NCBI GenBank assembly: GCA_963851405.1 | Contig: CAWKPB010000009.1 | Coordinates: forward strand, 48 to 64,047 | Source: an uncultured Actinomycetota bacterium | GTDB taxonomy: Bacteria; Actinomycetota; Actinomycetes; DATJPE01 | DNA length: 64,000 bases | Reading direction: 5' to 3' | Shown here: piece after piece, positions 1 through 9,542 of the stretch | How the letters are laid out: each line of letters begins with the position of its first letter | How positions within the stretch are numbered: the stretch's first letter is position 1 | Made by a program: the position numbers and the translations under genes | The notes under the pieces: generated by a model | Databases searched by the model: none | Seen by the model: only the letters and a program-made list of their open reading frames with translations | Told to the model about the DNA's origin: nothing

Positions 1-478
1 CAGAACCGTCGTGTCTGCTCGCCCCAGCAGGATCCTTGAAGGGACAAGATCGCCATGGTGGAGGCCACTTTGATGCAGGCAGGCAACCGCCCCTGCGATC
101 GGCGCAAGACAAGCACTCGCCTCGGGCAGTCGCATCGCCCCGATCCGCTCGTTTCGACGATCCAAGCCAAGACCGGAGACATAGGGAATCAGCGTCCACG
201 ACTGGCCCGACGCGTCGGCGACCACGCCCTGCAGCGGTAGCAGCGCAGGATGATCAGGCAGGTCTGCTGCTGCCGCTCCGGGCCGAGCGACCAACCAGGT
301 CTGATCATCACCCTTGACCAACCAGGGGCTCCAAGGACCGGAGCCGAGAGGCCGCACGATCGTGAGGCCGATGAATTGGGGGCCGGAGGTGCCTGGCTCG
401 GGCATCGCACCAGCCTGCCGCGTTCGAGAGCGACGAGGCCTGCGTTGTCCACAGGCCCGCGACTGGCAGACTCGGCGC

Positions 479-1204
479 GTGACCACCACCCCTCGTGTCT
501 TGGCCACCAGCGGTGGCTTCTTGGCAACCGGTCGTTACCGCGGAATCGAACCAGGACCCCTGCTGATCGAGGGATTGCGCCTCACCGGCAAGGACCGGCC
601 CACGGTGTGCCTGGTCATGACCGCCAGCAGCGACAACCCCGAATACCTCCTCTCCAGCTACGACGCCTTCCGGGGGTGGTCCGTGGACGTCACGCACCTG
701 CGGCTGGCGAACATGCCCAACGGCGATCCCCGCGAGCTGGTCCTGGGGGCAGACCTCATCTGGGTGGGGGGTGGCTCGGTTGCGAACCTGCTGGAGCTGT
801 GGCGCCTGCATGGCATCGACACCCTGATGGCCGAAGCCTGGCAGGCCGGAGTGATCCTCTCCGGGGTGAGTGCTGGCTCGTTGTGTTGGCACGTCGGGGG
901 CACCACGGACTCATTCGGACCCGAGCTGCGACCGGTGACCAACGGGCTGGCCCTGCTCCCTTACGGAAACGGTGTCCACTACGACTCTGAGGCGCAACGC
1001 CGACCGCTCATGCACGAACTCGTGCGCTCGAGTGTCCTGCCGACCTCTTATGCCACGGACGACCGGGTAGGGATCCTCTACGAAGGCACCGAGCCGGTCC
1101 GGGTCATCTCCGAGACAGATTCCACCGGTCCGAGCGCCTACCGCATCGAATCGGCAGCCGGCCAAGCCGTCGAGACGCGGCTTGAACCAGGACCTATCAA
1201 CTAG
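479..1204 (+). CDS. Peptidase family S51 (dipeptidase E / cyanophycinase-like). The start is uncertain; the ORF is open from 314 and a GTG at 479 gives about 241 aa.
   Basis: Translated ORF 314..1204 carries the SGVSAGS serine-nucleophile motif and the overall PepE-like layout (LATSGGF... then GGGSVANLL). The size matches S51 peptidases if started near 479. Confidence 0.6.
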   Translation: MTTTPRVLATSGGFLATGRYRGIEPGPLLIEGLRLTGKDRPTVCLVMTASSDNPEYLLSSYDAFRGWSVDVTHLRLANMPNGDPRELVLGADLIWVGGGSVANLLELWRLHGIDTLMAEAWQAGVILSGVSAGSLCWHVGGTTDSFGPELRPVTNGLALLPYGNGVHYDSEAQRRPLMHELVRSSVLPTSYATDDRVGILYEGTEPVRVISETDSTGPSAYRIESAAGQAVETRLEPGPIN

Positions 1205-1217
1205 CGATCCGGACCAA

Positions 1218-3320
1218 CTAGAGCGGTTCGGGTACGGGGTGCTCCACGTGTTCGTGATCGACGTCCTGGTGCCCGAGCGTGGATGGCCACCAGATGCGGC
1301 GGCCGATGTCGTAACTAAGCGCCGGCACCAGGATCGAACGAACGACGATGGTGTCAAGAAGAACTCCGAACGCCACGACGAAGCCGATCTGCGCCGTGAA
1401 GACCAAGGGCAAGGTGAACAGCACGGCAAAAGTCGCGGCCAGGACGACTCCGGCCGAAGTGATGACGCCTCCTGTCACGGCCAGGCCACGCAGAATCCCT
1501 GGTCGGGTACCGATTCGGATCGATTCTTCGCGCACGCGGGTCATGAGGAAGATGTTGTAGTCGATCCCTAGCGCGACCAAGAAGATGAAGGCAAAGAGCG
1601 GGAACGAGCTATCCGCCCCGGCGAAACCGAAGACATGAGTGAACACGTAGGCGGAAACGCCCAGTGCAGCCAGGAAGGACAAGATCACGGTCGCGATCAG
1701 CAGGACAGGGGCAAGCACGGACCGCAACAAAATCATCAGAATGACAAAGACCACCAGCAGCACCAACGGAATCACGACTCGGCTGTCTCGCCGACTGGCG
1801 TCCTGAACATCTTGTTGGACAGCCGTGGTTCCGCCCACCAGAACGTCTGTTGACACCTCGTCCAGCGCCTCACGCAGCCGCTGCGTGGTCTGCGCCGCAG
1901 CGGGGCTGTCAGGAGCGTCGTTCAAGGTGAACTGCACGGCGACCAGGTCCCCCGCCGTCCGCGGCTCCCCGGCCGGTCCAGCGATTCCGGGGTCCTCCAC
2001 CCCAAGCGCAAGGATGTCCTCGGCCTGGGAGGCCGGACCGATCACGATCACCGGACTCCCGGTGCCAGCGGGAAAGTGTTTGGCTATCAGTTCCTGGCCC
2101 TCGACTGACTCAGGCTTGTTTCGGAAGGCATCGCTTTGCGCGAGTCCGTCGGCCTCCAGGTTGACCACGTTGAGCGCGAGGATGCCCAACACCAGGGCCG
2201 TCGCTACCCAGACGACGCGTGGTCGCCCGGAGATGATTGATCCGATGCGAGCAAAGAAGCCCTGTTCCTGGTGGACCTCCGATGGATAACGCGGGACGAG
2301 TGGCCAAAACGCCCATCGACCGACGATGACGAGCAGCGCCGGCAGCAGGGTAAGCATCGCGAGCAAGGCGCAGCCGACACCGATCGCCGTGACCGGTCCC
2401 AGTGCTCGGCTGGACTCGACTTCCGCGGCCAACAAGCAAAGCAGCCCGATGGCGACCGTCGCTGCGGAGGCGACAATGGCCGGCCCGGCTTTGTGCAGCG
2501 CCTCGGCCATGGCTTCGTGCCGGTCGTCGTGGCGATGCAGCTCCTCGCGGTAGCGCGCGACGAGGAGCAGGGCATAGTCAGTCCCAGCCCCGAACACGAG
2601 GACTGTGAGGATGCTGGCCGTCTGCCCGTTGACAACGAAGATGTCCGCGTTGGCGAACAGGTAGACCACACCCTGAGCGAGGGTGAGGCCGGCGAAGACC
2701 GAAAAGACCGGGAAAGCCCACAGGATCGGACTGCGGTAGGTGATCAGCAAGATGATGATGACCACGACAGCAGCGAGGCCCAGCAAACGTGCATCGAGGG
2801 TCTCGAAGACCTTGATGAAGTCGCCCTGGATCCCCGCCGGCCCGTCGACCTTGACCACCAGTCCGTCCGATTGGGTGACCAATGCTCGCATGGCATCGAT
2901 CTCGCCTCCGAGCGCGAAACCGTCCGTCGACAACAGGGGCACGACGATCTCGAGTGCTTCCCCGTCTTGGGACGGGATCACGGCAGGGACCGTCCCGACG
3001 ATGGTGAGTTCCGGGGAGTCGACGAACGCCTGTCGATCGGACTCGACCGCCGCGACGTCCGCAGCGGTGACTCCGCCGTTCCTGGCGTAGATCACCACCG
3101 CGGGCAGCGTGTCTTCGCCCTGGAACTGCCGGAGCTGCTCGATGACGAGGACCGACTCTGCAGTACTCGGCAGATAGGAGTCAGCGTTGTTGACCTGCGC
3201 AGAGTTGAGCTTGGCCGACAGCGGGCCTAAGGCGGCCAAGGCCAACACCCACAGCATCAAGACCAGCCACTTCGAACGACGTCCGCAAACCAAGCGCGCG
3301 AGCTGTTGTCCCCCGCTCAT
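1218..3320 (-). CDS. MMPL-family (RND superfamily) membrane transporter
   Basis: 700-aa ORF with two blocks of about 6 TM helices each and large extracytoplasmic loops, as in MmpL proteins. The ORFs on the opposite strand inside it are high-GC artefacts. Confidence 0.85.
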   Translation of the reverse strand: MSGGQQLARLVCGRRSKWLVLMLWVLALAALGPLSAKLNSAQVNNADSYLPSTAESVLVIEQLRQFQGEDTLPAVVIYARNGGVTAADVAAVESDRQAFVDSPELTIVGTVPAVIPSQDGEALEIVVPLLSTDGFALGGEIDAMRALVTQSDGLVVKVDGPAGIQGDFIKVFETLDARLLGLAAVVVIIILLITYRSPILWAFPVFSVFAGLTLAQGVVYLFANADIFVVNGQTASILTVLVFGAGTDYALLLVARYREELHRHDDRHEAMAEALHKAGPAIVASAATVAIGLLCLLAAEVESSRALGPVTAIGVGCALLAMLTLLPALLVIVGRWAFWPLVPRYPSEVHQEQGFFARIGSIISGRPRVVWVATALVLGILALNVVNLEADGLAQSDAFRNKPESVEGQELIAKHFPAGTGSPVIVIGPASQAEDILALGVEDPGIAGPAGEPRTAGDLVAVQFTLNDAPDSPAAAQTTQRLREALDEVSTDVLVGGTTAVQQDVQDASRRDSRVVIPLVLLVVFVILMILLRSVLAPVLLIATVILSFLAALGVSAYVFTHVFGFAGADSSFPLFAFIFLVALGIDYNIFLMTRVREESIRIGTRPGILRGLAVTGGVITSAGVVLAATFAVLFTLPLVFTAQIGFVVAFGVLLDTIVVRSILVPALSYDIGRRIWWPSTLGHQDVDHEHVEHPVPEPL

Positions 3321-3554
3321 CTGTGGCTCCGTTTCCCGCGCTCACCCGTAACTGCCTTGGCCCTCAAACCAGGGCCCGCGGCACCGCCGACGGACCTGAA
3401 TTCCACCCGAATGGACCCTAGCGGAGCCTGAATGAGCGTGGACGAGACGGAACCGCGACACACGTGTGACGCCCCGGCGATGGAACTGCGCGAGCAAACC
3501 GCGGATAGTCAAGAGACCGGGAGGCCCACCCTCCCAACAACTGAGGAGGTTGTG

Positions 3555-4067
3555 ATGACGCTCATGGCAGGTGACGCCACCACTGCTCCATCCGCTCCCG
3601 CCCTCAACTCGCAGCCCTCGCTCGTTGACAACGCCTCTGTCCCATCCATCCCCGCTCCCCGCGTCTCAGCGGATGAATTCGATATGGCCCGCCTGGACCA
3701 GGTCTTGTCCGTCGAGGCTCCCACCGCTGTCTGGTGGGCCGATGCCGCGAAGCTGCTGGATCATCTGAGCGACCGGATGTTCGAACACCGGACCACGGTT
3801 GAGGGGCCGCACGGGCTGCATCAAGAACTCATCGATACCCAGCCCCGCCTCGCGCCGGCCGTTGACCGTCTTGAGCGCGACCACGCCGAGCTGGCGGACC
3901 GGATGGTCGCCGCCCGCCTGTTGGTCGGTGAGCGAGCCGGCGATCCGGACGGGGTCGGCACGGTCCTTGCCTCCCTCACCGAGATTCGCGATCAGCTCAA
4001 CGCCCATCAGCGCCGGGCCAACACGGTCCTGCACGACGCGCACTGCGTGGACATCGGCGGAGAGTGA
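3555..4067 (+). CDS. Hypothetical protein. It has H/E-rich helical motifs that could be hemerythrin-like (weak).
   Basis: The ORF 3432..4067 has a strong internal RBS (GAGGAGG, 5-nt spacer, ATG at 3555). The Ala/Pro/Ser-rich N-terminus looks like a linker, and I recognise no domain with confidence. Confidence 0.4.
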   Translation: MTLMAGDATTAPSAPALNSQPSLVDNASVPSIPAPRVSADEFDMARLDQVLSVEAPTAVWWADAAKLLDHLSDRMFEHRTTVEGPHGLHQELIDTQPRLAPAVDRLERDHAELADRMVAARLLVGERAGDPDGVGTVLASLTEIRDQLNAHQRRANTVLHDAHCVDIGGE

Positions 4068-4109
4068 TCGCGGCGCCCTGACGCCCACGAGCAACCTAGG
4101 CTGGGGGAC

Positions 4110-4793
4110 GTGCACAACCCGCCTGCCCTGAGTCTGCGCGTTCAACGCATGGACCTTGGGACCCGGCTCATTCCCTACGGCGAGGCCTGGGATGAGCAGC
4201 GCCGCCTCCACGCAGCCGTGGCCGAGGGACGGGAGCCGGACACCGTGCTCCTCCTGGAACACGAGGCCGTATTCACGGCTGGACGTCGCGTCCAAGCCTG
4301 GGAGCGCCCCACCGACGGCACCCCGGTGGTCGATGTCGATCGTGGAGGCACCATCACCTGGCACGGCCCCGGCCAGCTCGTCGGCTACCCGATCGTGACC
4401 TTGCCAGCGCCGTACGACGTGGTCGGACATGTCCGTCGTCTCGAGCGAGCCCTGATGGCGGCGTGTGCTGATCTGGGTTTGACCACCACGCAGGTCGAAG
4501 GACGATCGGGCGTCTGGATCACCGCCGATGACCAGGGGCCGGACCGCAAGATCGCCGCCCTAGGGATACGGGTCGCCCGGGGCGTCACCATGCACGGGTT
4601 CGCACTGAACTGCGAGTGCGATCTTGGGTCCTTTGGGCGGATCGTCCCGTGCGGAATCACCGATGCCTCGGTCACGTCGCTCAGCGCGGAACTCCAGCGA
4701 ACCGTGTCTGTTCTCGAAGTCGCCCCGGTGGTCACAGCCCGCCTCACCGAAGTCCTTGGCACGGCCGACTCAGCCGTAGGGTGGAGCGCGTGA
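4110..4793 (+). CDS. lipB: Lipoyl(octanoyl) transferase LipB
   Basis: The 227-aa translation aligns along its length to LipB ([12 protein letters not shown]..., [21 protein letters not shown]...HGFALN). It uses a GTG start and lies immediately upstream of lipA. Confidence 0.9.
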   Translation: MHNPPALSLRVQRMDLGTRLIPYGEAWDEQRRLHAAVAEGREPDTVLLLEHEAVFTAGRRVQAWERPTDGTPVVDVDRGGTITWHGPGQLVGYPIVTLPAPYDVVGHVRRLERALMAACADLGLTTTQVEGRSGVWITADDQGPDRKIAALGIRVARGVTMHGFALNCECDLGSFGRIVPCGITDASVTSLSAELQRTVSVLEVAPVVTARLTEVLGTADSAVGWSA

Positions 4794-5743
4794 CCGTCAC
4801 CTCGGAGGGCCGACGCCTGCTGCGCGTCGAGGCGAAGAACTCCGAGACGCCCATCGAACGCAAACCGTCCTGGATCAAGACGACCATGCGGACCGGGCCG
4901 GAATTCACCGCTCTCAAGGGCCTGGTCGCGCGTGAAGGCCTGCATACGGTGTGCGAAGCGGCCGGCTGCCCCAACATCTACGAATGCTGGGAGGACCGGG
5001 AAGCCACCTTCCTCATCGGTGGCGACCAGTGCACCCGGCGGTGCGACTTCTGCCAGATTGACACCGGAAAACCGCAGCCCCTCGACCGCGATGAACCACG
5101 GCGGGTAGCCGAGTCCGTGCGGACCATGGAACTGCGGTACGCCACCGTTACCGGGGTGGCACGAGACGACCTCCGCGACGGGGGGGCCTGGCTGTACGCC
5201 GAAACCGTGACGCTCATTCACGCACTCAATCCTGGCACCGGTGTGGAACTGCTCATCCCGGACTTCAACGGCGAGCCCGACCTGTTGGCATCAGTCTTCG
5301 CGACGACCCCGGAGGTCCTCGCTCACAACGTGGAAACCGTGCCGCGCGTCTTTCGACGGATCCGGCCCGGGTTCGACTATGAGCGATCGCTGGGCGTGAT
5401 CAGCCAAGCGCGCGCGGCTGGCCTCGTGACCAAGTCCAATCTCATCCTTGGCCTGGGCGAGACCTCCGCTGAAGTGATCGACTCGCTGGCCGACCTTCGT
5501 GCCGCAGGCTGTGAGCTGGTGACGATCACCCAGTATCTGCGCCCATCAGCGAGGTTCCACCCTGTCGAGCGCTGGGTGCGCCCCGAGGAGTTCGTCGAGC
5601 TCGGTACCAAGGCGGAGGAGATGGGCTTTGCCGGTGTCCTGAGCGGCCCCTTGGTAAGGAGTTCCTACCGGGCCGGACGCCTCTATGCGCAAGCCATCGA
5701 CCGTCGCGCCCGCGACAACCGGTCAGGAGTGGCCGATGACTGA
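4790..5743 (+). CDS. lipA: Lipoyl synthase LipA (radical SAM)
   Basis: The translation has the N-terminal CPN-x-EC cluster and the CTRRCDFC radical-SAM motif. The likely GTG start at 4790 overlaps the lipB stop in a GTGA arrangement. The 4616..5743 ORF's first 58 codons are an upstream extension. Confidence 0.9.
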   Translation: MTVTSEGRRLLRVEAKNSETPIERKPSWIKTTMRTGPEFTALKGLVAREGLHTVCEAAGCPNIYECWEDREATFLIGGDQCTRRCDFCQIDTGKPQPLDRDEPRRVAESVRTMELRYATVTGVARDDLRDGGAWLYAETVTLIHALNPGTGVELLIPDFNGEPDLLASVFATTPEVLAHNVETVPRVFRRIRPGFDYERSLGVISQARAAGLVTKSNLILGLGETSAEVIDSLADLRAAGCELVTITQYLRPSARFHPVERWVRPEEFVELGTKAEEMGFAGVLSGPLVRSSYRAGRLYAQAIDRRARDNRSGVADD

Positions 5744-5758
5744 TCCGTACGGCGCCGC

Positions 5759-6598
5759 ATGAAGCGGCGCGCGACCACCGGTGACCGGCCCGAACGCGAC
5801 TTGGTCTATCCGCCCGTTTTGGTCGCCGCCCGCGCGGCCTTCTTCAGTTTGGGTCTCGACTTCACCGTGTCCGGGAGCGAGAACATCCCGCGCGAGGGAA
5901 GCGCGCTCCTGGCGATCAACCACACTGGCTGGCTTGACTTCACCTTCGCCGGCTACGCGGCTCACCCCTCTCGACGCCTTGTGCGTTTCATGGCCAAGCA
6001 GAGCATCTTCGACGCACCCGTTGCCGGCCCACTGATGCGAGGGATGAAGCACATCCCCGTCGATCGCGAAGCTGGGGCCGCGGCGTACCGTGAGGCCGTC
6101 ACCGTGCTTCGACAGGGCCAGATTGTTGGGGTCTTTCCGGAAACGACGATCTCGCGTTCCTTCGAGTTGTTGCCGTTCAAGACCGGGACAGCCCGGATGG
6201 CGGTGTCCGGGAAGGCGCCGATTCTCCCCGTGGTGATCTGGGGCTCCCAGCGCGTATGGACGGCCGGACGACGCCGAGCCGTGGCTCCCTACCGAATCCC
6301 GATCAGCATCGATGTCCTCCCGCCGATGACGGTCACCCGCGGGGACGACGCCGAAGAGGTGACCGCCCAACTTAGGGCGACCATGGAGGTGGCGCTGCAC
6401 GCAGCGCAGGAGCGATACCCCGCGCAACCCAGGAGCGAGGCTGACCGGTGGTGGCTTCCCGCACGTCTGGGTGGTGCGGCTCCAACGCCTGAGGAGGCGG
6501 AGAAGATCGCCGTACGACGGGCGGCCGAACGGGCGGCGCGCCTGGCCGCCGAAGCCCCGAGCGACCAGTCATCGACCGGCGGGCCGGACCAGGGCTGA
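5759..6598 (+). CDS. 1-acyl-sn-glycerol-3-phosphate acyltransferase family (PlsC/LPLAT)
   Basis: An NHTGWLD acyltransferase catalytic motif (HX4D) and an FPETT motif (FPEGT-like). Confidence 0.75.
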   Translation: MKRRATTGDRPERDLVYPPVLVAARAAFFSLGLDFTVSGSENIPREGSALLAINHTGWLDFTFAGYAAHPSRRLVRFMAKQSIFDAPVAGPLMRGMKHIPVDREAGAAAYREAVTVLRQGQIVGVFPETTISRSFELLPFKTGTARMAVSGKAPILPVVIWGSQRVWTAGRRRAVAPYRIPISIDVLPPMTVTRGDDAEEVTAQLRATMEVALHAAQERYPAQPRSEADRWWLPARLGGAAPTPEEAEKIAVRRAAERAARLAAEAPSDQSSTGGPDQG

Positions 6599-6620
6599 CG
6601 CCCCGTACCCTGGACTCACT

Positions 6621-7307
6621 ATGGCGAAGGAACCGAAGCCCAAGAAGATGGGGCGTATCGCGCAGTTACGGCAGGCGTACGCCATGACCCGGCCGAATGA
6701 CCCGCAGCTGCCGTGGGTTCTCGCAGCCCTCTTCGTTGGCGTCTTTGTCGCGATCCTGGCGCTCGGTTTTGTGCTGAACAATCCGTGGACCCTGGGGCTC
6801 ATCGGCCTCATGGTCGCCACCTTGGCCACCATGTTCGTGTTCAGTCGCCGCGTGGAGAAGGCGGCCTTTAGCTCCATCGAAGGTCAGCCCGGCGCTGCCG
6901 CAGCGGTTCTCAACACCCTCCGCCGTGGATGGACCGTGACACCGGCCGTCGCCGTAACGCGCAATCAGGACATCGTGCATCGCGTCACGGGACGCCCCGG
7001 CGTCGTCCTGGTCGCCGAGGGTCGCCCCAGCAGCGCCGCCAATCTGCTTACTGCCGAGCGGAAGCGGGTGGCGCGGGTGCTCGGGGACGCCCCTGTGCAC
7101 GAGTTCCTGGTGGGCGACGGCGACGGGCAAGTTCGGTTGAAAAAGCTGTCGCGAACGATTCAGAAATTGCCGCGGACTCTGCGTCCACCGGAGGTTTCGG
7201 AGCTCAACCGCCGCCTCAAGGCCCTGGACAACCAGCGCGGGCAACTGCCCATCCCCAAGGGACCGCTTCCGAAGGGTGCTCGGATGCCCAAGGTGCCGAG
7301 GAGCTGA
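6621..7307 (+). CDS. DUF4191-family membrane protein (equivalent to the Rv2219-like protein that follows lipA in actinobacteria)
   Basis: The ATG at 6621 (MAKEPKPKK...) is followed by two TM helices and a conserved C-terminal region. The upstream part of ORF 6471..7307 is Arg-rich junk overlapping the PlsC gene. Confidence 0.7.
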   Translation: MAKEPKPKKMGRIAQLRQAYAMTRPNDPQLPWVLAALFVGVFVAILALGFVLNNPWTLGLIGLMVATLATMFVFSRRVEKAAFSSIEGQPGAAAAVLNTLRRGWTVTPAVAVTRNQDIVHRVTGRPGVVLVAEGRPSSAANLLTAERKRVARVLGDAPVHEFLVGDGDGQVRLKKLSRTIQKLPRTLRPPEVSELNRRLKALDNQRGQLPIPKGPLPKGARMPKVPRS

Positions 7308-7337
7308 ACTGACCCAAGCGCTCACACGGTCAGTGGC

Positions 7338-7892
7338 TCAGCGGTTCACGCATACCGAGCCGACGGCTTTGTCGTGCAACCCCCGGCCGTCTCGATCCCA
7401 GATGATCGCCGGGATGACGAGAACGATCAGCACCGTACGCAGCAGGCATCGACCGGGCCCCAATCGGGTCCCATCCACTCGACGCACGCCGATGCGCAGG
7501 ATCTGCTGACCGAAGGACCCTCCCGCCAGGGCCGTCAGCAGCCACACCTCGAGCAAGAACAACGTGGTGTTCCACGGGCGGATGGTGGCAAGACCCGCCT
7601 CCCCGCCCGACACGCGGGTGACCACGGCCCAGGCGATCAGATAACACGCCAGCCAGTCGATGGTGAGAGCGGCCAGCCTTCGGCCGAAGGTGGCGACGGC
7701 CCCGGATCCGGATTCGGGGTAGCCAAGACGCTGGCCCCGGTATCCCAGATCTGTTCCGGCGTCCTCAGCCGCGGACCGAGGCCCAGACAGCCAGGAGAAC
7801 ACCTCGGCCCTGGATAGTCCGGCTGGCTGTCCCGCCGGCACGGGTGCCGGCTCGTTTTCGTCGCCTGGGTCGCTCGGCGTCGACTCGCTCAT
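7338..7892 (-). CDS. RDD-family membrane protein
   Basis: Translation from the internal ATG (MSESTPSDPG...) gives an acidic N-terminus followed by an RDD-like TM domain (RRLAALTIDWLACYLIAW...). Its position between DUF4191 and glnA is conserved. Confidence 0.65.
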   Translation of the reverse strand: MSESTPSDPGDENEPAPVPAGQPAGLSRAEVFSWLSGPRSAAEDAGTDLGYRGQRLGYPESGSGAVATFGRRLAALTIDWLACYLIAWAVVTRVSGGEAGLATIRPWNTTLFLLEVWLLTALAGGSFGQQILRIGVRRVDGTRLGPGRCLLRTVLIVLVIPAIIWDRDGRGLHDKAVGSVCVNR

Positions 7893-7944
7893 GACGCCCT
7901 CATCTGAGCAGGTTATCGGGCCTCGCCCACACGGTCTCCCGGGC

Positions 7945-7982
7945 GTAACGTCGGGGAAACAATCGGGACACGGTGAAGAAAC
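7945..7982 (+). promoter_or_regulatory. Candidate GlnR tandem binding box in the glnA1 promoter region
   Basis: The sequence GTAAC-n6-GAAAC-n6-GACAC-n6-GAAAC matches the actinobacterial GlnR consensus (gTnAc-n6-GaAAc), repeated twice, about 80-115 nt upstream of the glnA1 start. Confidence 0.5.
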
Positions 7983-8059
7983 CGCCGGCCCGTACTGTCG
8001 CTGACGCAACCAGTCGCCGGCCAAACGGCCGTGGCCCGTAGTTCGCTCTTGGAGGGTGA

Positions 8060-9484
8060 ATGTTTAGCAACGCCGACGAGGTTTTGGCCTTCATCAGGGA
8101 TCAGGACGTCAAGTTTGTCGATGTTCGGTTCTGTGACCTGCCCGGGGTCATGCAGCACTTCAACGTGCCTGCTCAGACCGTCGGCCAGGACTTCTTCACC
8201 GAGGGCCAGATGTTCGACGGTTCCTCGATTCGAGGATTTCAGGCGATCAACGAATCCGACATGAAACTCGTCCCGGATGTGACCACCGCGTACCTCGACC
8301 CCTTCCGCGGCGAGAAGACCCTCAACATCAACATGGGCATCGTGGACCCTTACACCAGCGAGCCCTACAGCCGCGACCCTCGACAGGTGGCAGGGAAGGC
8401 CGAGGCGTACCTGAAGTCCACCGGTATCGCTGACACGGCCTACTTCGGGCCTGAGGCCGAGTTCTACATCTTCGACGACGTGCGGTTCGAGACCAAGGCG
8501 AACGCCGGCTACTACTACATCGACTCCGTCGAAGGGGCCTGGAACTCCGGCCGCGTCGAGGAGGGCGGCAACCGCGGACACAAGACGCCGTACAAGGGTG
8601 GCTATTTCCCCGTCCCACCGGTCGACCACTACGCCGATCTGCGAGACGCCATGGTGGTGGCCCTCAACAACGCCGGGCTTGACGTTGAGCGCGCGCATCA
8701 CGAGGTCGGCACCGCGGGCCAGGCCGAGATCAACTACCGGTTCGACACGCTCGCGACGTCGGCAGACAAGGTGATGTTGTTCAAATACATCATCAAGAAC
8801 GTCGCCTGGGAGGCCGGCAAGACCGTTACCTTCATGCCCAAGCCGATTTTCGGTGACAACGGCTCGGGGATGCACTGCCACCAATCCTTGTGGAAGGACG
8901 GCGAGCCGCTGTTCTACGACGAACTGGGTTATGGCGGGCTGTCAGACATGGCCCGGTGGTACATCGGCGGCCTGCTTCACCACGCGCCGTCGCTGCTCGC
9001 TTTCACCAACCCAACCGTCAACTCCTACCACCGCTTGGTCCCCGGCTTCGAGGCCCCGGTCAACCTGGTCTACTCCGCCCGGAACCGCTCAGCCTGCATC
9101 CGGGTCCCCGTGACCGGGTCTAACCCCAAGGCCAAGCGCATCGAGTTCCGGGTCCCCGATCCCTCGTCCAACCCCTACCTCGCCTTCTCCGCGATGCTGA
9201 TGGCTGGACTGGACGGCATCAAGAACAAGATGGAGCCGGCTGCCCCTGTCGACAAGGACCTGTACGAGCTGCCCCCGGATGAGGCCGCATCCATCCAGCA
9301 AGTGCCGGGAACGTTGAGCGAAGTGCTCGACACCTTGGAGGCGGACCACGAGTACCTCCTCGAGGGGAACGTCTTCACACCGGACTTGATCGAGACGTGG
9401 ATCGACTACAAGCGCACCGCCGAGATCGATCCGATCCGGCTCCGACCGCACCCGCACGAGTTCGAGCTCTACTTCGGCATCTGA
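8060..9484 (+). CDS. glnA: Glutamine synthetase type I (GSI-beta), GlnA1
   Basis: 474-aa translation with canonical GS motifs. The adenylylation-site tyrosine context ([10 protein letters not shown]) is present, consistent with the adjacent glnE. Confidence 0.95.
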   Translation: MFSNADEVLAFIRDQDVKFVDVRFCDLPGVMQHFNVPAQTVGQDFFTEGQMFDGSSIRGFQAINESDMKLVPDVTTAYLDPFRGEKTLNINMGIVDPYTSEPYSRDPRQVAGKAEAYLKSTGIADTAYFGPEAEFYIFDDVRFETKANAGYYYIDSVEGAWNSGRVEEGGNRGHKTPYKGGYFPVPPVDHYADLRDAMVVALNNAGLDVERAHHEVGTAGQAEINYRFDTLATSADKVMLFKYIIKNVAWEAGKTVTFMPKPIFGDNGSGMHCHQSLWKDGEPLFYDELGYGGLSDMARWYIGGLLHHAPSLLAFTNPTVNSYHRLVPGFEAPVNLVYSARNRSACIRVPVTGSNPKAKRIEFRVPDPSSNPYLAFSAMLMAGLDGIKNKMEPAAPVDKDLYELPPDEAASIQQVPGTLSEVLDTLEADHEYLLEGNVFTPDLIETWIDYKRTAEIDPIRLRPHPHEFELYFGI

Positions 9485-9495
9485 TTCATCGTCTT

Positions 9496-9535
9496 GGGGT
9501 AGCTCACTCGTCGTACAGATCCGATGAGCTACCCC
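9496..9535. terminator. Bidirectional hairpin between convergent glnA1 and the MFS gene
   Basis: A perfect 11-bp inverted repeat (GGGGTAGCTCA ... TGAGCTACCCC) with an 18-nt loop, directly after the glnA1 stop. Confidence 0.45.
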
Positions 9536-9542
9536 ACGATCT

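Noticed and set aside
2271-3230. A 319-aa ORF on the plus strand (plus several others) inside the MMPL gene
   Set aside because: It is antisense to a well-supported transporter gene and its product is Arg/Asp/Gly-rich low-complexity sequence. This is a typical high-GC shadow ORF.
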